DNA of 64,000 nt from the human T2T-CHM13v2.0 reference genome, Homo sapiens, in NCBI RefSeq assembly GCF_009914755.1, contig NC_060931.1; one strand, written 5' to 3'. How positions within the stretch are numbered: the stretch's first letter is position 1; each line of letters starts with the position of its first letter. Of the stretch, positions 1 to 13,418 are shown piece by piece. Both the position numbers and the translations under genes were made by a program. The notes under the pieces are model-generated. The model was not told the DNA's origin. It saw only the letters and a list, made by a program, of their open reading frames with translations, and did no database searches.

Positions 1-807
1 AGATGTCCACCTGCTTACTTCTGAGAAAAAAAGTTTGGAATGGTGCACTCTGTATGTTTCTCAGCAGGCAGAGCGCTGGGTTTGTTGAGTGAGATTGTGT
101 TACACGTACTCATAGACACAGGCAGGAGTTACCTGGACTTCATGTTTACAGTGTGTTTTAAATTCTATTGATGTTCGTATGTTGTGAATTCCATTTTGGG
201 TGTATTCTGTACGAAAGGATGATCTTTTCAGAGTATGTAATGAATATTAACTTCTTAGTGACTTCAGAAGACCCATTTATTGGTTACTTGATAGTACAAA
301 CACCAACAGCCATCTGAGTTCTGTAAATTGTTACTGAGATGAGCTTTTTTATTTTTGAAAAACGATCATTTCTCTATGCATAGATTATTATCACTGGCCA
401 TCTCTACTACTGCTCAACTGAATTCCTTCCTCAACCATAACCATTGTGTAGTTTTTATATTTGATTATTTTCCTCATATATCGTTATCCTTGACTAAAGG
501 CCTTTCTCCTTAGGAAATGCTTTAGACTACCTGGCCTTATAGCATCAATTTCATTTTTAAATGCCTGTGGAGACATGCTTGACTGCATATGAATTTTCTA
601 GTAGAGTTCTGTAAGAATTCTTCACCTCCCAAAGACCATATGTATCCATCTTGGTTCCCAACAGTTTATAAGTGCCAGAATAATTTAAAAGACATTTTCC
701 CTTTGCAAGTTAATTTAGAATAGAACATATTTTGTCAGAGAAAGTGGTGTGGGAAACAGCTTGGATCAAGCAGCCACAGACCTCTAGCGACCTCACAGGC
801 AGCACGG

Positions 808-825
808 GGCCTGTAGAGGGCACTG
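808..825 (+). promoter_or_regulatory. CTCF-like motif
   Basis: GGCCTGTAGAGGGCACTG resembles the CTCF core CCASYAGRKGGCRS. Motif match only. Confidence 0.3.
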
Positions 826-829
826 CACC

Positions 830-945
830 AGGAGTCTGATGATGTGGCCTGGGTCCCGGCCATGCCCAAATGAGGGGCGAAGTCTTTCCCAGTCACTTCT
901 GCTCTCTTGGCTTAAGTTTCTTCACATGGAAAATGAGTCGTTGGC
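830..945 (+). mobile_element. MIR SINE fragment
   Basis: ggagtctga...cctgggtcccggcc...agtcacttctgctctcttggcttaagtttcttcacatggaaaatgag resembles the MIR core. Confidence 0.5.
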
Positions 946-1095
946 CTAATGATGCCCCAAAGTAGCGTTTAGATTTTAAAATGTCATTGATTCTAGATTT
1001 TAACATCTACAAGTTCAACATGAACGTCGACAGCTCATTTAGTCTTCATAATCCTCTTTGTACCAAAGCAGATTTTGTGATCGCATTCTGAAAAC

Positions 1096-1181
1096 ATCAG
1101 GAAAACTAGGATATGCTACAGCACTTACCAACCATAAAATCAGGAAATCTAGGTTATGCTACAGCACTTACCAACCAAGAA
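1096..1181. repeat. 43-bp tandem duplication
   Basis: atcaggaaaactaggatatgctacagcacttaccaaccataaa is followed by atcaggaaatctaggttatgctacagcacttaccaaccaagaa (39/43 identical). Confidence 0.95.
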
Positions 1182-1525
1182 ATCTCAGTGGCTTAAAGCA
1201 AGTTTATTTCCTGCTTAGGGTGCACAGTTAGTGTGGGTTGAGTGAGGTGTCACTGCTCGTCACAGTTACCCAGGGACTCAGGCTGATGGAGCAGCTGCCA
1301 TCTCAGATGCTGCTGATAGCTGTCAGAGGGAAGCAGTATGGTGGATTTGTATAAAACTCACGGACTCCTGAGCCTTGTACTGTAACTGAGTCCCTAACTT
1401 CTGCCTGCCTTTCTTTTCTGCAGCAGGTGACCATCACTGATGGAGGGGGCAGGAGAGTGTGCTCCTACCAGGACTGGGAGGAGAGCTGGTGCTATGTGGT
1501 GGGCGGCAGTATTGGCACCACATGT
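1148..1525. mobile_element. Old ERVL/MaLR LTR (LTR33/MLT1-like)
   Basis: taggttatgct...aaatctcagtggcttaaagcaagtttatttcctgctta and cagggactcaggctgatggagcagctgccatctc are typical of this LTR group. Confidence 0.5.
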
Positions 1526-2489
1526 TACAGAGGGCTGCTTCTGACCAAAGCCAACTTTAGGAGAGAGTTTTAATTGACGCCTGACAGACCTTTGCTGGGC
1601 TCATTTCCATACTGTGCCCAATGAGAAAGAACTATGAGGAATGGGGAAAAGGCCTCAGGTAGAAAGTAGAGAAGAGTCATGGGATTGATGCAGGGGTCAG
1701 AAAAATGGTGGGGCACACCAAATAAACATTTTGGCAGGCGGTCAAAAGGCCTAGAGTTAATGGCTAAAGTGAGGCCAAGATGATATTGAAAATGTTCATC
1801 TTTCATGTTGAAAGACTAATGTGCAGTCACTTCTAGCATGATGGGGATCGTGGTTTTCCTCATAGCTGTCCCCTGTAGAAGTCTCAGTTACTCCTCATCC
1901 TTCAAGACTTAATGCAAATATTTATCTGCGTGTATTTTCTTTTCCTACTGAAATGTGAATGTTTCCAGGACAAGGAGCCATTTCATCCTAGCACCTAGTT
2001 TACAGGCACTAAGTGAATATTACATGATTGAAATGAAACCACCTGGCAACCCTCTGCTATGGTGCCCATGTGCCTGCCATCCTCTGGCTGGTTCAGCATT
2101 TTACCAGGCCAGAGCTGGGCACAGAATTGGTTCTGTAGAAGCAGCTAAAGCAAGATGACATTTCTGAGACTTCTGGCCGCTGTTCTGTTAATTTTGGTGC
2201 TGTCAAGCGAAAGGGTAATCAAATAGTACTTTGAAATCTGAAAAGTGAAAAGAGAAAAGTAAACTCATACCTAAAATATAATTTCTGTTCTGTATATTCT
2301 AGTTTCCTTCTTTTGAGTTGCTGTCCATTTAGTGTAGTGCAATCAAGAATACCTAAATCAGTATAACCTCGTCATTGAAAGAAAGACTTTAGTAACCTAT
2401 TGATATTTCTGTCTTCATTATTTTATTATTATGAAATTGCTGAAAATAATTACACAAGTGATATAACTTTTAATCGTTGGGATGCAAAA

Positions 2490-2664
2490 CAGTGGTTCTC
2501 AAGCTTCAGAGTGCCTCAGGGTTGCCTGGAGGGCTTGCTGGGGCCCCACTCCCAGAGTGTGCATTTCAGGTGGTCTGGGGTGGGGCCTGGGAGTCAGCAT
2601 TTCTGTGGAGTTCCCTGAGGATGATGACACCGCGGGTCTGGGAACCACACTGTAACGAACAATG
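2490..2664. mobile_element. MER5A hAT-Charlie MITE
   Basis: Starts cagtggttctcaagctt, has internal ggtctggggtggggcctgggagtcagcatttct, ends accacactgtaacgaacaatg. Confidence 0.8.
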
Positions 2665-5600
2665 ATGTACAGGAAAGGGCACTGGAAACAGAAAAGCATG
2701 GGTGTGAATCCTCCATGCTCCCTAATAACCATATGACAGTAGGTCTCTCGGCCCCTCTAATCCTCTGTTTCCACCTTGTGGAACGTGAAGGCCCTAGTTG
2801 ACCTAACAGATGATCAGATGAGGTTGTACACTAAAGCCGTTTTTAAAAAAATAAGGCTCTCTGAAGGTATCTTCTTACAATATCCTACAGATTGAGAATC
2901 ATGGACACTTGTTTTACATTCAGAGTATACACAGCTCTGTACCAGGTAGTGGAAAACAGGACATGGAAAGAAAAAGAGAACAGGAGAAATGTGGCACATG
3001 CCAAGCACCAAAATGAGTGATGTGACTGTTTAAAATTAAGAGAAAGACACGCTGTGGTGGGCTGCCCAGGGGGGACGTCTCCCAAACTGTACTGCGTAAA
3101 GACCATCATTTCACAAGGAACCTGTGGTCACTTTGTGTTCCAGGATGGCTTATTGCACGGGTAGCGTCCTGGAATCTAGAAATCTCTCATATTAGTGCAT
3201 TTGGGTAGTTTATCTTTTCTTGGACTCAATCTCAGGTTACCTACCCGTTAGAGTTTATGAAGTTAAGAGTTTAAAGTTCCTCATTTTGCAAGCATTTAAA
3301 AGTCATCATCTCAACAAGGAGGTGCTACTGTAAATATAAGTATCAGAAAGATCTATGAAGTCATCTTTTCACACTTTTGATTTAACTAATTGAGGGAGGG
3401 GAGGAAAATCTGAAAATCTCAAGGAATTTTTAATCTTAAGATTAAAAAATGTAGCTCATACATAGTTGACCAGCACTAGCATTTTTCTTTTAAGGTGTGT
3501 GACCTTGTCTACACTTAGAGTTTTAGATAATTTTTATTATGATTTAACCCTAATGTTTTAAAATTACAATTAATAGTAGGTTTAGAAATTAATGTTGTAA
3601 GTAATATATTAACATTTTTACTCTACTTTAAGTGCTTTGATAGCCACATATTTAAGGTTGGATAAAAACTGTAATTTAACAGTCATAATTATTATAATTG
3701 ATCTGAATAAAAATATGAACTAACTGTATTGGTCAAAGCAAGTTATGTGGTAAATAAAAATTAACAATAAAATTGAGGTTTTAAAACTTACCTTGGGCAA
3801 AGACTGTATCTGGGTGATAGATTGAGCTCTAGACAGTGAAGTGTACCTATGGATACTAACTGCCGTTATGATTAATAAACACGTTGTTATACTTCAATTG
3901 TAATAGCATTTTATTATGTATTATTTTTCACCAAAGAATACTAACAGGCCAGTTACCACTGTGCAGGTTCTGTTTAAACTCTTGGCATTAAAAAAGGAAT
4001 CCTCATTCATACTTGAAAAAGATTGGAAATCCCTGACCTAGTCCATGCTTGTCCATGATACTACCCTGGCCCTTCATCTTGACTGACTCTGTAGATCACT
4101 GTTAATGTTGGTTTATGTATTTCTTACCCTTTTGGATAGATACCTTTTCTAAAGGAAGCAATGATGGAAAACTGGCTGTTAGCTAGGTTGAGATGTGTGC
4201 ACACTTCATTACACTCTTAACAGGCAGATACCCGTCAGCCTTAAAGGATGACTTTTTGCCACCCTGCTTTCCTTTCTGCCTGGCCATCTGCTTCTTAGAA
4301 TCTTCCCTGACCATGCTGTATGTTCCAGTACCTTCTTTGTTGAAGAACGTATTGGAAAGCATAGTCAGTGTCTTTTAACCTGATTCTTCCTTCTGTTCTT
4401 TTGAAGACAGCTTTGATTGTTTCTAAAGTGCCAATGGAAAAATAAATCCAAGAATTTGTCTCCCCAGTTTTTGAAAAATTGTAGTGTAGGGCAACTGTAA
4501 AACACATACTATGTACTATAAGTTTCCCACAATTAAATCAGTATGAATAGTTGTTGAAATGCATCAGTTGAATAGATTAGAGATTCAAGTATATATGAAG
4601 ATCTGAAATGTAATAGACCTGGCAAAACTCAGTTCATGGAAGGTGGTTGATTCAATAAATATCATTGATATAACTGATTATACATCTGGAAAAAATAATT
4701 GTAGGAACCCTTCCCACACTGTATACAAAAATTAATTCTAGATGAATTATTGTTCTAAATGTTCTAAAAATACACAAGTAATAGAGGTAGGTCTTAAACC
4801 TGGGTCTGTCTTACTCCAAAACTACTGAGCTACATTTTAAATGTTAATAGATAATGCGAGATTACGAGTCCCAAAGATGAGAGGAGAGAAACATTTTCTT
4901 TTGCTAACATTTGACTTTTTATTTTTTGTCGTAAACAATGCTGAGATGAACATCCTAATGTCTACATTGATAAGTGGATACATGATTATTTTCTTTTTAA
5001 CACATTCCTGGAAATGAAATAGCTGTGTTTGAGGGCACCCAGGCTTTTGAAATAAACTTCCAGATTGCTCTCCAGAAAGGCTGTGCTAAATTAGTGACTT
5101 TATTCTTTTGTCATGTTTAATATCCCACTATTTTTCTCTTCAGACCATCTTTTGTTATGGAGAAGGATTGTACTCCCATCTTCCTTTTATATTGGCAAGT
5201 TTCTAATTAACCTAGGGCTTCCTGTGAAATAGGGAGAAGCTGATATTTTGTATCCTTTTATCATCTATATTAATAAGCTCATAAAGAAAGTATCACTTTG
5301 ACCTCAGATATCTCCTTCTCTAGCATTAATCGGAGACTTCTGTTAAGATCCAGCCATATAGAACAACAACAGTAGGGTTTTACTCTCCCTACTATCAATA
5401 TATTGGCTGTGCTGGAGGTGAGGCGCCCCCCTTCCTCCTGCAGCCAGAGAGCTGCATCCCTGGGAAGAACCTGCTCTTACATGACTTTAACTACTTGCCA
5501 TTCAATGTAAGTGCAGCATATTTCCAAACTGCGTAAAAAATGAGCTGTGTGAAGGCTTCCTCCTGTCTTTGTTATCTTTCATGCAAACAGTTCTTTTTGA

Positions 5601-8105
5601 TAGAATTTGGAATTTACCGAATTCATTCCGAAGGCTGTGAAATGTGATCTCTATGAGTTCTAGTCTTCCTGTGAGGATGCGTTGTTTTTGTGGAAGGCAC
5701 CACCGGGTTGACACAGTATTATTTATTTTTCTCCCACATACTTCTTGTACCTTCCTCTGTAACCAATATGAGACTGTATTGAAGAGAAATAATCTTGCCA
5801 AGTATTTGATATACATAGAATTCTTTGTGAGTTGCTATCTTAACTTAAAAATTTTAATATGCTAAATATCCATGTGCCAAAGGAAAATAAAAGTAAGTTC
5901 TTTTCAGAGCAGGGACTTTTATGTCTTACAGTATTCAGTGTGAAGTAGGATAGAGGTATATCATCGATCACAGTGCACACCAGACAGAATTTAGAGTGTT
6001 TACATCTGCGATCAGAGTTACCTGGTCTCAGGGCAGAGCATGTTTTGTTTTTTTTCCCTACTTTTTAGCAAAGACTTAGGCTATTGTAAATAAGCTGAAA
6101 ATTATCACAGAAATTGTTGAAGTTGGCTCTGAACAAGAATGCTTGATCTTTCTATAAACAGCTTTATTAATGCACGTCAAGGCACTGTTCTCTACCATTT
6201 CCTTCTGCTTGTTGCAGACCAGCTAATGTGTTAACAGAGATCTGAATCATGACCTTTTTTTCCCATAGGCATAGGCCGACTCTTTCCTTGAGCTAAAATT
6301 TAGCCAGAAAGGAAAAAAAAACCCATTTTGGTGCATGTGGCATGAAAATGAAACAATGCAGCTTTATTTAGGGTCTCCTTTAACCTACATCTTAAAAATA
6401 TATTTTAAGTCTGTAATATGCCTATTAAACATTAGCACAGTTATCAAAATAATGATATTTGTAAAATCAATGTGAATATGTGAAATTTGTAGCTTTATAT
6501 ACAAATCATATACATAGGCATGCATGCATACATATTTCAACATATTAATATGTGTCTATCTCAATATATGCATATCTCAAATTTACATATGTATATCTTA
6601 TACATATATAATTGAGATAGCACCAATTATAAAGGATTTCTTAAAGAGGCTGCAAATTTAGGCATTTGTCATTAAATAATCCCATAATATTTCAGTGCCT
6701 GAAATCATTCTAGCCTTTATATTGTAGTCATTTGCGTTTTCTTCCCTTTTCTAAATGTAGTCTCCAGATGAATTAATATACTCACAATCAACATACTGTG
6801 GCACGAGTAAGAACTATGTGTATTAGACAAGTTCAAAGCAGTCCTGACGCTCACTTGACTAAGGCATGTGCCTCATGTCCTCTTTACCTTCAGCTCTTCT
6901 GGGCCACTGCTGGGTGCTCATTGCTGCTCCTGTGCTGACTGTCTGCAGTGTGTGCCGTGGAATACTTCTTTGCCTATTTATCATATCTTTGGTTCCTCTC
7001 CATCCTTAATGCTGAACTTTTAGAGCATGTAGAACAAATCAGAAGTCTCTTGTGCTGATTATATCCATTTGACAGATGTGTTCAGAAATTTTCTTGCACT
7101 CATTAAAATATAAAGTAAAAATTGAAATGCTTTATATGATATTAATATGGATATTACTATGACAAGTGATAGCTTACAATGAAAAGATTTCTTTTAAGAA
7201 CTCTTGCCATATTTCCTTCTATTTTCATGTTTTGATATTTCTAGAAAATGTTTTTACTGTATTCAAGATTAGGGTTTTGTAATTTTTAGCAATACTGCTG
7301 TGGAGCCTAGTTGAAATTAGTGTATTACTTTAGTTCAGACTTTCTTCTTATCATTCTTGATTGTTAAAAGAAATAAAGGTTTACACAGAATGTATAGCAG
7401 TGTTGAGTGAACTCAACCAGCTTTTAATACATTTTTTAGAAGGTTAGGAGAAAGATTAACCTATTTAAGGACCTAACCTACTTTTACATCCTGCAAACTA
7501 TTTTTTTTAAATTTTAAAACATTTTTCGTTTTTGTTCTTTTGTATTTTGTTTATTGTAACCGTAGTTTGTCAGGAGTTACAACCCGGCCAACACCGGGGG
7601 TGGGGGGCCCAACATCACACATCTGTGTTTGTAATGTAGTATTTATTAATACAGGTCATATAACATTAATGTGTCAGCACCTCATGGATATGTGAATTAT
7701 TTAAAATGAGCATCTGGGTACTATTTTTTGATATTTGAAATAAACTGAATTTTTAATGTTCATATGTTATACGATATGCCAAGATTATCCTGGTAAAGTT
7801 TTCATATCCAACTGGGGAATCAGCAGCAATGTTTCTCCCTCATTTCTTGGGTCAAGCAAGCCTAAAGTTGGACACAACCTTTAAAATGAGCTGATTATGG
7901 ACACATTTATACATCATTTTGTTAATAACTTGTGCATCAGTTAAACTGAAAGCTTGCTTTGCTTGCCTCATTGGTTTTTTTTTTTTTAATTTTTCTGGAA
8001 TTAAAACCACTGAAAAATAAGTCCAGAAACATCAATTTGGCTGACCTTAGTTTCCCCCTAAATTTAGTAGTTTTATACAGCAGAAAACTTGTAAAGTTAC
8101 TTATT

Positions 8106-8254
8106 TACAGACAGTCTCTCAGTGTGTCACCCAGGCTGGAGTACAGCAGCACGATCACGGCTCACCGCAGCCTGAGACTCGTGGGTTCGAGCAGTGTTTC
8201 CACCCTGGCCTCCCGAAGAGTTGAGATTACAGGCATGAGCCACTGCACCTGGCC
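8106..8254 (-). mobile_element. Alu monomer (FLAM/FRAM/AluJ-like)
   Basis: cccaggctggagtacagc...gagattacaggcatgagccactgcacctggcc; about 150 bp and highly diverged. Confidence 0.85.
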
Positions 8255-8447
8255 TAAATTTTTTTTTGTTGTTGTTTTTAAGGAACAATTTTCTTTACAG
8301 AATTATTTAGAATTAGAAATTGTGAATCACATTATCAAGCTTTTAAAAACTCTTAATTTAATTGAGAAAATTAAGTATTAATACTATGGCCTGGGTCGTT
8401 CGGGTTGTAGTGTGATACAACTCCTAAACATGAAAGATTTTACTCTT

Positions 8448-8754
8448 CTTCTTCTTCTTCTTTTTTTTTTGAGCCGGAGCCTCGCTCTGTCGCCCAGGCT
8501 GGAGTGCGGTGGCGCAATCTTGGCTCACTGCAAGCTCCACCTCCCGGGTTCATGCCATTCTCTGCCTCAGCCTCCTGAGTAGCTGGGACTACAGGCGCCC
8601 ACCACCAAGCCTGGCTAATTTTTTGTATTTTTAGTAGAGACGGGGTTTCACTGTATTAGCAAGGATGGTCTCGATCGATCTCCTGACCTTGTGATCCACC
8701 CGCCTTGGCCTCCCAAAGTGTGGGGATTACAGGTGTGAGCCACCGCGCCCAGCT
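8448..8754 (-). mobile_element. AluY
   Basis: Full dimer with AluY-type gcaagctccacctcccgggttcatgccattc, a (CTT)n/T tail and 12-bp TSD GATTTTACTCTT (8436-8447, 8755-8766). Confidence 0.95.
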
Positions 8755-9574
8755 GATTTTACTCTTTTGAACCCTGTGGTTCCTGGAAGTTGAAGTCCTG
8801 TCCCCCAGTAGATGCTTGTTGAATGAATGCTCACTCAGCCACTCTTTTTGCCAGAGGCTACTAGTTTCTCACCTACCTCTTCTCCCTCTCATCTAGGCTG
8901 ACATACTCTGAAAGCAAGGCAGAATTTGCTCATATATTCATTTATGATCCATATTTTTTCCTTGGAAATAATTATTTTCATTTTGCTGGACCACGTTTTA
9001 GAGAGCCTCACTTCTGTTGATTTGATTCTGAGCAATGTTTCTGAGCTGGACTGACCACAGAGTAAGATCTTACCTTATTCATGGCTGTGAATCATATTGA
9101 GCCATTTGTCTTAGCTGTCATGCAATTTGCTAATTAGGTCATTCTAGGGGTTGAGGGAAATGAAAGACTTTGAAATAATCATTACCTTCTCAGAACAAAG
9201 CAGCAGCAGTTAAATGCTTTTGCCCAGTCATTTTACTCTGATGTTCAATAAATTCAGAAGTGGAAGGTAAGTTGGGATCTTACTGTTGCATAATTATGCT
9301 TTCCAGTTTATCTGAAGATTGTGCAGAAGATATTTAAATCAGTGTCTTACACAGTTATAAGTTGTATATTTCTGTTTTTCTTATTACATTTTTTATCATA
9401 AAACTAAAACCTATTAGTTGAAGAACATTTGGAAAATACAGAGAAATAGTAAATAAAAAATTTAAAAGTACTCCTCATCCTACCATCTAGTATAATTATT
9501 TGATGGATTTCTTTCTGGTCTTTCCTATTCATATATTTTTCATAAAACTTAATTATTGCCTTATATTGTACAAC

Positions 9575-9720
9575 AATAGCTGACATTTTCTGAGTGTCTA
9601 TTTCATAGCAGGCAGTGATCTAAGAGCTTTAAATGCATTATCTACTTAATGTTCATAGCAATCTAGGAGGCAGTTATTTTCCAATGATGAATCTGAAACT
9701 TAAGATTTTGCTCTATGTCA
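9575..9720 (-). mobile_element. MIR, first part (continues at ~14188-14255 after the L1 insertion)
   Basis: aatagctgacattttctgagtgtcta...agctttaaatgcattatctacttaat...gaatctgaaact; resumes gctagc...ttgaaccctgactgtatgactccag. Confidence 0.6.
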
Positions 9721-10909
9721 AAAAATGAGAAATTTAAGACTTCTAGCTTGGACAAAATGGCACAGACCTGTTTCTCCCACTTTCTCCCAACTAAATACAA
9801 TGATAGACCCCAGAAATAATGCAAGAAACAGAAGGAGAACTCTAAAACTTGGTAGGAAGAAGTCAAGATGGTTTGGGGCCCAGGACTAAAGGACTGACAC
9901 AATGGCAGGGCATCTCACATTCCCTCACCCATCAGGAGAGGCAGACCTGGCCTTTCTTGACCTCTGAACTAGCAACCGAGATAGTCCAGGGAGGCTGCTT
10001 CCTTTTTTTATTCAAATGGAAGCAAGCAAGCAGCCAAGGGAAATACTCTTCTTTCTTGCTGAGATACCCTTTTCCAGTGTGTGATACCTGGGCTTCTGTG
10101 AAGCAATTGTTAGAAGGATCCCACTGCAACAAATGGTCCAGCTGAGTAGCTTCTTTGTCCTCATGCACCTAAGACCACCTTCTTCTGCCCAGAGAGGAAT
10201 AGGTGGTTAGGAAAGCCTAATCCATTCTGTGGGCCTGAACACCACCACTCCTTCTACTGAGGGACACTGGGCATTAGGCCTGGGGAAGTCCCTTCACTCC
10301 CTCAGGCAGCATCAGCAGGGACCCGTGGGAGCCCCCATCAGAACCAGACAAATGAAGCGGGCACAAAGAATGCTGCAAAGGCTCTGAAAATTAAGCTGGC
10401 CCTGGAACCATAGCCCACAAAAGTAGACCAGGACCCACATACTAAGCCTAAACAGGGTGACTGCCTAGACAGGAAATCAGCAAGGATGTAGAAGGTCTGA
10501 ACAACACAATCAAGCAACAGGACTAAATTGACGTTTCTGGAATACTTCACCCAGAAACCACAGAATACATAGTCTTCCAAAGAATTCGTGGGACATTCAC
10601 CAAGACGGCGCACATCCTGGGCCATAGAGCACTTTTAAACAACCAAACTCATGCGGAGTGCACTCTCTGATCGTAGTGGAGTCTATTAGAAATCAGTAAC
10701 AGAAAGACAACAGGAAAACCTTCAAACAGGTAAAAATGAAACAACACACTATTAAATAATACATGATTTAAAGATCAAGTTTTAAAGGAAATAAAAATAC
10801 ATAAAACTGAAAGCAAAAACAGAACATACCAAAATATTTGGGACGCAGGTAAAGCAGTTCTGAGAGTGAAATTTATGGCACTAAATTACTACATTAAAAA
10901 TGAGGAGAG

Positions 10910-13418
10910 ATAGAGAAAGATAGTTCAATAGAAGCCTCCAGAGATTGTACTCACTCCTCCATAGGATCACCAAATTACCCACAGAAAAAATCATCTTCAT
11001 AAGAACCAAGAATCAGGTGAGCAATCACAGTACCTGGTTTTAGCATCATACTAAGGAAAGAGGCACTGAGGAGAGTAGGAGAGATAGTCTTCAATCACCT
11101 AGGCCACCTTTCCCTCATCCAAAAAATATAACTGATAAACAAATTCATTATAGTTGCTGAATACAAAATTAACATCCAAAAAGGAGTAGTATTTGTCTAT
11201 GCCAAAAACAAACAATCTGAAAAAAGAAATCAAGAAACTAATCCCATTTACAATAGCTACAAAAAAATACTAGGAATTAAGTTAACCAGAGAAGTGAAAA
11301 ATCCCTGTAAGGAAAACTATAAAACTTTTTGCAAGAAATTGAAGAGGACACGCAAAAAAATGGAAAGATATTACATGTTTGTAGATTTGAAGAATCAATA
11401 TTGTTCAAATGTCCATATTACCCAGGGCAATCTATAGATTTAATGCAATCCCTATCAAAATACCCATGAATTCTTCACAGAAATAGAAAAACAATCCTAA
11501 AATTTAAATGGAACCACAAAAAGCCAAGAATAGACAAATTTATCCTAAACAAAAAGAACATAACTTGAGGAGTCACATTTACATGACTTGAAGTTATACT
11601 ACAGAGCTATAGTAACCAAAACAACATGGTATGGGCATAAAAATAGGCAAGTTGACCAGTGGAACAAAATTAAAATCCAGAAATAAATCTATACACCTAC
11701 AGTGAACTCACTTTTGACAAAGGTGCCAAGAATATACATTGGGGAAAGGACACTCTTTTCAGTAAATGGTGCTGGGAAAACTGGATATCCATATACAGAA
11801 GAATGAAACTAGACCTCTATGTCTCATCACATACAAAAATCAAAATGGATTAAAAACTTTAAGATGTGAAGATTATGAAACTAGTAAAAGAAAACATTGG
11901 GGAAACTCTCCAGGGCATTGGATGGGGTAAGGATTTCTTGAGTAATACTCTACAAATATGGGCAAACAAAGCAAAAATGGACAAATGAGATCACATGAAG
12001 TTAAAAAGCTTCTGCACAGCAAAGGAAAACAATCAACAAAGCAAAGAGACAATTCAGTGGGAGAAAATATTTGCAAACCATCCATCTGACAAGGGATTAG
12101 TAACCAGCATATATAAGGAGTTCAAGCAACTCTATAGGAAAATATTTAATAATCTGATTAAAAAATGGACAAAAGATCTGAATAGATATTTTGCAAAAGA
12201 AGACATACAAATGGCAAACAGGTGTATTAAACGTCATTGATCATCAGAGAAATGCAAATCAAAACCATTATACAACAAGGTATCATCTCACTCCAGTTAA
12301 AATGGCTTTTATCTTAAAGACAGGCAGTAACAAATGCTGGCAAGAATGTGGAGAAAAGGGAATCCTCATACACTATTGGTGGGAATGTAAATTAGGGAAA
12401 CCACCATGGAGAGCAGTTTGGAGGTTTCTCAAAAAAGTAAAAATAGAGCTACCATATGATCCAGCAAAGCCACTGTTAGGTATATATGCCAAAGAAAGGA
12501 ATCAGTATACCGAAGAGGTATCTGTACTTCTATGTTTTTTGCAGCACTATTCACAATAGCCAACATTTGTAAGCAACCTAAGTGTTCTTCAGCAGATGAA
12601 TGGATAAAGAAAATGTGATACATATACACGATGATGGAGTATATTCAGCCATAAAGAAAAATGAGATCCTGTCATTTGCAACAACACTCGTTTTGTTAAG
12701 TGGAGTAGGTCAAGCACAGAAGGACAAACTTCATGTGTTCTCAGTCATTTATGGGAGCTAAGAAAAGTAAAACAATTGAACTCATGGAGATAAAGGGTAG
12801 AATGGTTCCCTGAGGCTGGAAAAGGTTGGTGGGGGTGCAGCAAGTAGGGATGGTTAATGGGTACAAAAATATAGTTAGAATGAATAAGATCTAGTATTTC
12901 ATAGTACAACAGGGTGACTAAAGTCAATAATTTATTATACATTTAATAACTAGAGGCCAGGTGTGGTGGCTCACACCTTGTAATCCCAGCACTTTGGGAG
13001 GCTGAGGCAGGCTGATTATCTCAGGTCAGGAGTTTGAGACCAGTCTGGCGAACCTGGTGAAACCTCGTCTCTACTAAAAATACAAAAATTAAGCCAGGTG
13101 TGGTGGTGCACACCTGTAATCCCAGCTACTCTGGAGACTGAGGCAGGAGGCAGTGAGCCAAGATCACGCCACTGCACTCCAGCCTGGGCAGCAGAGTGAG
13201 ATTCTGTTTCAAATAAATAAATAAAAATAAAATAACTAGAAGAGTATAATTGGATTGTTTGTAACACAAAGAAGGGATTAGTACTTACGTGATGGATACC
13301 CATACCCCGTTTACCCTGATGTGATTATTACACATTGTATGTCTGTATCACAATATCTCATGTACCCCTTAAATATTTACACATACTGTAGACTCACAAA
13401 AATTAAAAATATTAAAAA
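10910..13418 (+). mobile_element. L1MA element with 5' end joined directly to 3' ORF2 and 3' UTR
   Basis: L1M 5' UTR motif cttcataagaaccaagaatcaggtgagcaatcacagtacctggttt (to 11120); ORF2 3' half (ORF 11995-12240 [11 protein letters not shown]; ORF 12191-12559); L1MA 3' UTR; degenerate TSD attaaaaatgaggagag / attaaaaaataaggaaag. Confidence 0.8.
12955..13230 (+). mobile_element. AluS with right-arm deletion, inside the L1MA 3' UTR
   Basis: ggccaggtgtggtggctcacac...(AAAT)n tail; 10-bp TSD AATAACTAGA (12945-12954, 13231-13240). Confidence 0.95.

Noticed and set aside
11995-12559. ORFs with protein-like sequence (also 35699-35983, 37784-38265, 50773-51054, 55163-55426)
   Set aside because: Degraded L1 ORF2 remnants.
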